Part shown: one piece after another, positions 53,661-64,000 of the stretch
How the letters are laid out: each line of letters begins with the position of its first letter
Numbering within the stretch: position 1 is the first letter of the stretch
DNA from: Camelus ferus
Taxonomy: Eukaryota
DNA: 64,000 nt
Direction: 5' to 3'
NCBI RefSeq assembly: GCF_009834535.1
Contig: NC_045697.1
Coordinates: 96,908,001 to 96,972,000, forward strand
Translations under genes and position numbers: made by a program
Notes under the pieces: generated by a model
Databases searched by the model: none
Told to the model about the DNA's origin: nothing
Seen by the model: the letters and a program-made list of their open reading frames with translations, nothing else

Positions 53661-54589
53661 TTGCTTTACTTTGATTTTGTTCACAATTTTCACTATCTAT
53701 CTTGTTTCATAGATAGAAATTTTAATGAATTTTTTGCACTATCAGAATCAGAAAAAAAAAAGCATCATTATGAGAAGAATATACATTTTCAATGTCAAGA
53801 AACCTGAACTTCAATGTTAAATGAGGACTAGTAAGCCATGGACACAACTGAGCTAACAAACTGTTTTAGTCTTTAGTTATTGTTATTTTATTGTCAGTTT
53901 TTCTAAGCTAATTTTTATTGATTAGGTTACCTGGGAAACAAGCAATGAAATGAAAATGTATAGGGAGTTTTCAGCAATAATTATCTGTAGAAATTAAAAG
54001 AAAAATGGAACTGGCCAAAAAAGAAATTAAATCATGATATAGTTGCAACAGAGGATCTCAAGAAGAGCTCTCAAGCTGCTGAAGTCCTTCAGAAATGCCC
54101 CAAATTGAGGAAAAGTACTATGATTTTGTAGCCCTGTTTTAACTGCATTGGATACAAGTTTCTCCCCATTGTGGCAGTGTAAAAGTGTCTGAAGCAGCCT
54201 CCTAAGTCTGAGGGAGATTCCTGGGGAGTTACATTTCTATGAGACATAAGCAGTCATCACCCCTAGCAGCTGGAGTAATGGGTGTCCCCACTCTGAAAGA
54301 GGATTCAGCAGTACACCATAACCTCCACTACAGTCTATCCCTTGCACCACTTAGATACATTTGCTTCCTGTAATAAGTTTACTTCATCTGGAAACAGATC
54401 CTCCAGGTCTCTTTTCCTGGGGCAAAAAATGTAATTGAGATTGACACAAGCCTTTCTCCTCTGACTTCAGCCGGTCTTAGGGCCACAAATAATACTCATT
54501 GTCTTCCTCCTCTACTACTCTTTCTAGAGTCCCCTTAACTTCAACTACCAATTCCACTGGTTAAGAGATATTATCTGGTGGGGTAATAA

Positions 54590-55245
54590 TCTCAACAAGC
54601 TAAATACAGTATTTCTATATAACCCACTCTTTTTGTAGATATTGAAACAAATTGAAAACAGGGACTCAAATAGGTATTTGAACACTAATGTCCATTGCAG
54701 CATTATTCCCAATGACCAAAAGATGAAAACAACCTAAGTGCCTTTTAACTGATTAATAGATTAAAAAAATATAGTATATACATAGATCTTAATAATACTA
54801 AGCCATTAAAAAGGGATGCAACAACATCAATGAACTTTGAAAACATTATTCTAAGTGAAATAAGCCAGACAAAAAAGGACAAACACTATATGGTTCCAAT
54901 TATATGAAATTTTCTGGCAAATTCAGAGCTAGAAAGTAGATTAGATGGGGACAGTGGGTATGAGGGGAGGTAGGAGTGGAAATTATTTTTTAATGGCTTA
55001 ACAGAATTTTGAGAGGGAGGGTAATAAAAAAGTTTTTGAAATAGATAGTGGTGGGGATTATATGACATTGTGAATGACACTGAATTTAATCTACCAATGG
55101 TTAAAATGACAAATTTTAATGTTATATATATGTATAAATACATATAATTACAATTAGAAATAATAACCTTTCAATTACACCATTTAATGGATGAATTGTA
55201 TGGTTATTATATCTCAATTACATCTCAATAAAGTTATTTTAAAAA
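54590..55245 (+). mobile_element. L1MB 3' end(s) nested in the ERVL
   Basis: ttgaaaacagggactcaaa...aaacattattctaagtgaaataagccagacaaaaaaggacaaa...tggttaaaatgacaaatttt. Confidence 0.85.
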
Positions 55246-56212
55246 TTGTACAGAGGAATTCTAACCTTATGATGCAAAAGATCACCTGGGTGTCAAACAT
55301 ACTTTTTTCTTTAAACTATCAGTTAATAGCAACCTCACCTCATTTCAATGATCAAATCAATTATCTCTTCCAGGATAGTGACTCCTTTCTTCCCTGATGG
55401 TCTTTAGCATAGGAGACTGATGTGATGTGGCAGCCATAACTTAAAATTTAACAGAACTCTGACTATGGACCCTGGTAGAAGTGGAACCTAGAGGGAACCC
55501 AGACTTCCAGATCTGAAGGGATTAGAGTTGCAGGGATGGAAAGCACACATTCTTAAAGTGAATCACTGGCAGTGATGGTAAGCAGAGCCACTGCTACTTC
55601 CATCTTTTGTTTCTAAAGCTTATTTATTCTGTTTAATGAGGACAGACACCATATACTGACATTGATTTATTGTGTATACTGCTCCTAATGGTATCTCATC
55701 TGAACAGGGTATCATCTCCAACCTAGCTCTTCACCTGTGCCTCCATTTTTCTATTGCTGCATATCCTTCCCTCTCGATCCCCTTGTTATAATGTAATGTT
55801 ATGCAGAATACCTTGTTGATGGATCAAAAACTTTGTAAGTCCTAGAATACTAGCACAAACTGAGGCTCTGTATAAAGGAAAGGAAAATCTTTGTAAAGAA
55901 TAAGTTAATTACAGTCACAATGAATTATCGTCCCTTTCAGGATATAAGTAGATCTCTCTAGTCAACTTGGCATTAAGTGTCTAGTTAGTCTTTTCAAGGT
56001 GTGGTACTGGATCAATCAGTGGTTTAGTAGCTAGATAAACAATTAGAAATAGCAGTAACTAGTCTTGGTGATCAGAATCCCAAGCCATTCATGGAACCAT
56101 TGTGCTAATTCTGCTAGGGCTCCTAAAAAAGGCTGAGCATTCACTGGCTGAAACATTCTTTCTAGTTGATTGTTTAGTGTATCTTCTACAGTGGATATCT
56201 CTGATACCTGTC

Positions 56213-56551
56213 TGTGATGGTTAATTGCATCAGTTTGGCTAGACAACAGAGCCTAATGTGTATTTTTTTGGATGGATGAGATTAACATTTAAATCAATGG
56301 ATTTTGAGTAAAGCAGATTACCCTCCCCAACGTGGGCAGGTCTCATCAAATCAGCTGATGGCCTTCACTCCTGAACTGGAGCATTGACTCATCCTTCGTC
56401 TCTAAGCTCCTGGCCTATCCTGCAGATTTTTGAGTTTGTCAGCCTCCTTAATCATATAAACCAATTCCTTTATGTATATAATACATGCACATACATACAT
56501 ACACACATACACTCTACTGGTTTCAGTTCTCTGAAGAACCCTACTTAATAA
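56213..56551 (+). mobile_element. MLT2 (ERVL) LTR nested in the ERVL
   Basis: tgtgatggttaatt...gagattaacatttaaatcaatggattttgagtaaagcagattaccctcc...ctggtttcagttctctgaagaaccctacttaata. Confidence 0.85.
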
Positions 56552-56642
56552 GGTATTACAATGTAACATGGAGATCTTCACTCTTTGTGCTTAATTCCCT
56601 TGGTGATCCATGTACTTTAGTCTAGACATTTCTTGTTCTCAC

Positions 56643-56797
56643 TTTTTTCTTCTTCTTCTTCTTTTTTTTTTTTTTTCTTGCGAGGTGGGGGAAAGGAAAT
56701 TAGGTTATTTATTTATTTTAATGGAGGTACTGGGAATTGAACCCAGGCCCTCATGCATGCTAAGTGTGCACTCTACCACTGAGCTATACCCACCCTG
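56643..56797 (-). mobile_element. Camelid tRNA-derived SINE (vic-1-like)
   Basis: atggaggtactgggaattgaacccaggccctcatgcatgctaagtgtgcactctaccactgagctatacccaccc, preceded by a T-rich tail. Confidence 0.9.
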
Positions 56798-59656
56798 CCC
56801 CGCAGTACTTGATCTTCTAATCTTTCTGCTTCCAGGCCCCTAAAAAACAAGCCAAGTCATTATCCACTGTCAGTGAGTTCATATGTATTTTCACCATACT
56901 TTTCTTCATACAAAGTGAGTGACCAGGCACAGTACTCGAAGCTCTGCCTATCTGGAGGATTTCTCCTTTTTACTGTCACTCAGGATCATCTCTTAAAAAT
57001 CAAAGTGGTTTACCAGGCATGGTGCTTACTTAATGGTGGGAAGTGTGAGATACAACAATTTGTTTCTATGTTTGAGGTGATGTACCAGAACATCTCAAAT
57101 CACTAGACTACTAAAAACTTTATTAATGTAGTGGGTCCCTGAAACATTGCAGAGTTTATGTCTCACACTCTGAAGTGCATGGGACTCAACAAGACCTTCT
57201 TACACTATAGAACTAGTCCATTTTCATTTTGCACCCTTAAGCCAAAATATCTGTGACATTTCCCTTAGTCTTTTACCTTTAACATTAACTGTTCATGATG
57301 GACTTCCCTGTAGCCAGAGGGGTGAGCTGAGGATAGGTGCTGGTGTAATCATGGTGGAGAAACTGAAAGTCTGAGACATCTTATGCAAATTAATTATACC
57401 CCTAATCTTATTGTGCCCAATATCAAATATATTCCTTCAGTTTTGGATTAAATAGCTGTTGGTTCTGGGAACTAAGTGATTTGGCGGGTCTCATAGAACT
57501 CAGTTTAGGAAGGCTGCATGGTTACTTGGGTTTCATGATCAGTATTTTTCTCATGTCTAGATGTATGAGCACCATCTGTATGAGCATCGTCTGTAAATGG
57601 TATATAATTCTCTGCTGTATAAGAATGTTTTTCTACCACAAACATCTCTAATTCCTTAGTGTCTATTGGTTTGGATGGCCCAGCAACAGGACAACTTGCA
57701 TTGCAGCCTGAATCTGCTGCACAGCCATTCCTTATCCGGGCCCCACTCAAAGATGGCAGCTTTCCACTTTAATCAATGGATAGGAGTAGTATTCCCAAGT
57801 ATCTGCTAGGGAATCATACTTGCATCTATATGGTCAGAAATTTTAAGTCATAATTTTTTTTTTGTATTAAAGGACATGTACCAGAACACACTAGATAACT
57901 GGATCTCTAAAAATATTCATTGATGGGCTCAGTTCCTGAAATATCATAGAGTTTACGTCTCACACTTTGGAATGTATGTGTCCTGCCAAAGCCTCCCTTA
58001 TATAGCTATGTCTTGTTCACCATTAGTTTAATTAATGTAATATTATCGACATTGTTTATCAATCTTATAAGGGAATAAAAGAAGTACTATTGAGCAGAGA
58101 GGAGGTTTGAACTGAGATGTGGTTGCAGTGGGGCCTCAGTTCACCCCTTAGGAAAACCTAAAACCGAGATGATTCTTCCAAACTATCATCACTTGAGGTA
58201 AGGGGGCTGGAGCATCATATAAATTAATCAGTTATTAGAAATAAGCCGTTCCCAGGACATGGGTATAATATTTGGAGAAAGCAATTTCTGGAGATGACCT
58301 TAGTTTTGACCCTTCAGCAATCAAAACTCCTAGAAGTTGGAGGAATCTGGGAGACACACCACAGCATCTATTACAACAATGACCATTAACCTAATAATTA
58401 TATTATTCCAAATAGCAAATGCACATACTAATTTAAAAAAAAAAATCACAGGTTCACTTGTGTGGTATATAAATTGCTCTAGACTGATACTTTTCAAGGT
58501 TGGAAATATTTTGCATGTTCCATTTTAATTACAGACATTCTAATAGTAATATGTAACAAGTGACTATTTGTAAGCAGTAACTGCTCATTATTTTATATAA
58601 GGAGTCATCTGTCTCCTAGAAGAAATTATTATACTTATATGTATAGATTTCATTGTCTCACAATACTCCTAGCACCTCTGCCTAACTTGCAAACACAATT
58701 AAAATCCTCTTGAATAGAAATAACGCTTGTAACTCAATTCATTGTAAAAGCAATTTATTACTTTATTTATGAATGATATTAAATTAAGAACTTAATTTTC
58801 TAAACTTAAGAAGTTCTTTGGACATTGAGAATATATAGCTCAATGAAATATTTATGGAGGCTAATCCCTTTCATGGCATACTGTTTGAAATAATAATTTT
58901 TCAGATTAACCTACTTAGAACAATGTACTCTTAACAAAACATATGTGATGAACAAGCTGCATTGGATTTACATTTGATTAAAGATGATGGACTCTTGCTA
59001 ATAAATTATTTAAAAAACATCAGGTTCAGAGAAGAGTATGAGATATTATTTAGTGAACATCAATTATGTGACATAACTACATCATCATAGGAAAAGCTTA
59101 AGACATTTTAAGGGGCAATTTAATTTTTAAATCTTAAGTATTCAAAAAATTAACTCATGTTTAAGCATATCCTTATTCTAAAATATAACAGCTGTGAAAA
59201 TATTTTCCTATCAACCAATCTTATATTCTCATTCTATTGAACAAGCTACAGATGGCAATCTTACTACAGTATGAATAGTATATGGAATAATACGACATTA
59301 ATTAAAGCTATATAATAAGTTTGGCAGTAAGTTGGCTCCATGAAGTCCACTGAGCCATTTCTCTCTAAATTTAGCAGATTAGTCTTGAGGTGGGCAGTTA
59401 ATGCTAGGAACAACACAAATGTTTTTCTTTTTCAATGTCTGTGAGATTGTCATGATTCTGAGTGTCAGAGTTATTCTTTAAGCAAGTGGTTCTCACTATA
59501 ATCTGGAAAATCACCAATCAGTGACAAGGTTTTCATCAAGTCACAAGAATTAAGGGGAATATATAGAATAGTTACATAATTTAAATTTATTCTTCAATTT
59601 AAAAAAATTCTGAAATTATATCCTCTTACATGTTTTGGTACTAAAATGCTGTTTTA

Positions 59657-62480
59657 CATATAGTACACTAAAACTGAATCAAGAAGAAATAGATAATTTA
59701 AACAGAAGTAATTTGATCTGATTGAATGATAATTTTATCACTAGAAGTAAACTGAATCAGTAATTTAAAAAAACTCCCTGCAAACAAAAGTCCAGGACCA
59801 AATAGCATCACTGGGGAATTCTACCAAACATATAAAAGAGAATTTACACCAATTCTTCTCAAATTATTCCAAAACATTGAAATGGAGGGGACACTCTCAA
59901 ACTCACTCTATGAAGCCACCATCACCCTGATACCAAAATCAGACAAAGACACAACCAAAAAAAAAAAAATTACAGGCCAATATCTTTGATGAACATAGAT
60001 ATAAAAATTCTCCACAAAATATTAGCAAGCTTAATTCACAACACATAAAAAGATCATACATCTTCATCCCAGGGACACAAAGATGGTTCAATACATGTGA
60101 CTCAATCAATGTGATACACCAAATCAAGAGAAAGGACAAAAATCACATCATCACCTGAATAGATGCAGAAAAAGCATTTGATAAAATTCAACATCCATTC
60201 ATGATAAAAACTTTTACAAAAATGGGTATAGAGGGAACATATCTCAACATAATAAAAGTTATCTATGACAAACCCGCAGCCAACATAATACTCGATGATA
60301 GAAAGTTGAAAGCCTTCCCACTAAAATCTGGAACAAGACAAGAATGACTACTCTCACCACTTCTGTTCAACATGGTATTGGAAGTCCTAGCGACAGCAAT
60401 CAGACAAGAAACAGAAATAAAATGAATCCAAATTGGAAAAGAAGAAGTAAAATTGTCACTATATGTAGATGACATGATACTGTATAGAGAAAACCTTAAA
60501 GACTCCACACAGAAACTATTAGAGCTGATAAACGAATTCAGCAAGGTAGCAGGATACTAGATTAATATAGAGAAATCTGTTGTGTTTCTTTACTAACAAT
60601 GAAAGATAAGAAAAGGAAAATTATTTTAAAAACCCTTTTAAAATCACATGCAAAAAAATTATATTTAGGAATAAACCTGACCAAGAAGATGAAAGACTTA
60701 TATGTGAAGAACCATAAAACACTGATTACAGAAATTAAAAGTTATTTAAAGAAATGGAAAGATACCCCATGTTCTTGGATTGGAAGAATTAATATTGTTA
60801 AAACATACTACTCAGAGCATCTATAGATTTAATGCAATCCTTATCAAATTACCCAGAACATTTTTCAGAGAATTAGAATAAATAATCCTAAATATTATAT
60901 GGAACACAAAAGACCCAGAATTGCCAAAGCAATACTGAAGAAAATGAACGAAGCTGGAGCCATAACCCTCCCAGACTTCAGACAATACTACAGATCTACA
61001 GTAATCAAAACAGCATGGTACTGGCACAAAAACAGATGTATGGATCAATGGAACAGAACAGACAGCCCAGAAATAAACCCACACATCTATGGTCAATTAG
61101 TCTTCAACAAAGGAGGCAAGAATATACAGTGGAGAAAAGAGTCTCTTCACTAAGCAGTGTTGGAAAAACTGGACAGCCACATATAAATCAATAAAGTTAG
61201 AACACACCCTCATATCATACACAAAAATAAACTCAAAATGGCTTAAAGACTTAAACATAAGACAAGACACTAAAAATCTTCTAGAAGAGATTACAGGTAA
61301 AACATTCTCTGACATAAACCTTAGCAATGTTCTCCTAAGGCAATCTACCAAGGCAATAGAAATAAAAGCAAAAATAAACAAATGGGATCTAATTAAACTT
61401 ATACGCTTATGTGCAGCAAAGGAAACTATAAAGAAAATGAAAAGACAACTTATGAAATGGCAGAAAATATTTGCAAACTATGTGACTGACAAGGGCTTAA
61501 TTTCTAAGATATACAAACAGCTCATTCAATAACAAAAAAATCAAACAACCCAATCCAAAAATGAGAAGAAGACCTCAACAAATATTTCTCTAATAAAGAC
61601 ATACAGATGGTCAATAGGCACATGGTGAAATGTTCAATATGGCTAATTATTAGAGAACTGCAAATCAAAACTACAATGATGTATCACCTCACACCAGTCA
61701 GAATGGCCATGATTTAAAAGTCCACAAATGATAAATGTTAGAGAGGGTGTGGAGAAAAGGGAACTCTCCTACACTGTTGGTGGGAATATAGTTTGGTGCA
61801 GCCATTATGGAAAACAATATGGAGAGCCCTCAAAAGATTCAAAATAGACTTACCATATGATCTAGCAACCCCATTGCTGGGCATGTACTTGAAGGAAGTT
61901 CTAATTTGAAAAAATACATGCACCCCAATGTTCATAGCAGCATTATTCACAATAGCCAAGACATGGAAGCGACCTAAATGTCCACTGAAGGATGACTGAA
62001 TAAAGAAGTTGTGATATATAGCTGCAATGGAATACTATTCAGCCATAAAAAGTAATAAAATAATGCATTTGGAGCAACATGGATGGAACTGGAGATTGTC
62101 ATTCTAAGTGAAGTAAGCCAGAAAGAGAAAGAAAAATACCATATGATATCACTCTTATGTGGAATCTAAAAAAATGACACAAATGAATTTATTTACAGAT
62201 CAGAAACATAGAGACACAGAAAACAAACTTCTGGTTACCAGCAGGGAATGAGGGGATGGGTGGAGGGATAACTTGGGAGTTTGGGATTTGCAGATACTAA
62301 CTACTATACATAAAACAAATAAATAAAATGTCCTACTACATAGCACAGAGAACTATATTCAATACCTTATAATAGCCTATAATGAGGAATATATATAAAG
62401 AATATACATATATATATATAAACTTAATCACTATCTGTACACCAGAAATTAACACATTGTAAACCAAATACTCTTCAATA
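59657..62480 (+). mobile_element. Lineage L1, 5'-truncated (~2.8 kb: ORF2 RT to 3'UTR)
   Basis: [46 protein letters not shown]; perfect 14-bp TSD aaaatgctgtttta at 59643-59656 and 62481-62494. Confidence 0.95.
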
Positions 62481-64000
62481 AAAATGCTGTTTTATTTATG
62501 AACAGAAGATGTTGGAGGTTAAATTAAAAATAAGCCACTGTGTATGTCATTCCCTATGTGTTTTTGTTATTGTTGTTGTTTAAGACAACTATTTGCCTCT
62601 CACTCCAAGTGTACCAGAAAGCCACATTTTTGCAGGGCATTTAGGGAAGATTTATGTCATAGCAGACAGAGAACTGTTGAAAAGGAACAAATTCTGAATT
62701 AGTCAGAAGAGTGGAAGAGAGAAATAAGATGAAATGATATTGCACAGTAAGCATAATGACAATCTCAAAAAAAATTTTCTACCCAAGACTCCAAACAAAG
62801 TGACTCTGAGGAAAGCAAAGGTTAAAAGATAGCTCTTGTACTTGTAGAATTCTGAAAAACATGAATATGATAAAGATACTACTACCAACTTAAAACACAA
62901 TCATGTTAGTAAGCAAAGACTTCTGGAAAAATTAATTTACAAAGCTTCAATTACTAAAACCAGTAGACAGGAAAGACTAAGTTCTATCTAACCTAGGTAT
63001 ATGATTATTTATTTAAGAACAGAATACCAACACATTGATGACAAGTATCAAGGCCAGAAGTGCCAATCAAGAATTAAAGTGAACCAGAGAATGCATGAGT
63101 GACCACTGGGCATTGAAACATTTTGTCAGGATCATAACTATCCCCTTATATGTACTCAAAACAAGTTTAAACCATCTCCTAACTTTGGAAAATCATGTAC
63201 CTCAGTATAACAATTCACTGCATATCCACCTGAATTTCCTATATATAAATATGATGAATAAAAAATGTACAGTTAGGAATTAAGAATTCAGTTCAATCAT
63301 TCAGAATAGTTTTTTTAAGCTTCATAATATCATGACAAAAAAGGGGGAAAAAACCTTGATATTTCTATATGTATAGAAATCTGACTGGGTCACACAAAAA
63401 TCCGGGAATAAAAAGACAAATTAGAACAACACCCAAGGTACAGATATCTATCTATTCCCTCCACTGCCCCAAATTTAAGTTTGAGGAAAGACCATTCCTG
63501 ACAAGCAGTGTCCCAGCTCTCCCCACTTTCTTGAGCTCCCTAGTTCACTTTCACTTCTTACTCTTTTGCCTCCCCAGAATATGAATCGTTACTGTTCCCC
63601 TGTGTCCCTGCTTCTCCTCTTGAAAGTCAAAACTCTGGCTTGCTCTTTGTCCCTACATCAGCCTCTTACAGTCCCAACAGCAAAATATTCCATACAGGGC
63701 CCTGCTGAAGTGCCCTCTGGGATGCCTGATTCATTGCTTCAAGATTCTATGGACTTGGTATTATAAAATATTGTTGATATATATTTCTAGGCATAGGCAC
63801 ACCAACTTATTCCATATGATATTGAACTATTTCAGACACAGTGGTGATCTCTTCCTGCAATGGATATAACAATTGACCCAAATTTACTATCTTTGTGAGT
63901 TCCTTTTTAATTCCTTCCAAAGGTTGGCCAAAATTGATGTTAAATAGAGCCTTAGTTTTTCAGATTGTGAACCACTGATGAGAAGATTATGAATGGATCT

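Larger units (their letters stand above)
53920..58375 (-). mobile_element. Degenerate ERVL provirus (LTR16A-like LTRs with ERV3-16A3-like internal pol), interrupted by later insertions
   Basis: Two co-oriented LTR16A-like blocks, ~53920-54332 (...cagtacaccataacctccactaca) and ~58070-58375 (...acacaccacagcatctattaca). Internal minus-strand pol motifs, e.g. KAAIFEWGPDKE..QQIQAAMQ at ~57690-57767. Confidence 0.75.

Noticed and set aside
1..64000. CRISPR arrays, prokaryotic operons, rRNA
   Set aside because: The sequence is mammalian and repeat-rich. I saw no repeat-spacer arrays, long ORFs or rRNA-like sequence.

Overview
This is AT-rich, repeat-dense mammalian genomic DNA. Three copies of a vic-1-like tRNA-derived SINE point to a camelid (alpaca, llama or camel). 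I found no intact protein-coding gene: the ORF track is L1 ORF2 debris, microsatellite translations and pseudogene fragments. Much of the window is L1 (old L1MC/MB/ME and younger lineage L1s), plus MaLR/ERVL/ERV1 LTRs, an old two-LTR ERVL provirus, MIR/L2 and DNA-transposon relics. The standout is a 2.5-kb processed HADHB retrocopy (12381-14862), flanked by a target-site duplication (TSD) and inserted in an L1MC. Its 5' end carries, antisense, HADHA exon 1 with its splice donor and about 85 nt of HADHA intron 1, followed by the HADHA/HADHB bidirectional promoter region. This implies a fossil HADHB transcript that started inside HADHA intron 1. Repeat subfamily names come from recalled consensus sequences, and boundaries are approximate unless a TSD is given.
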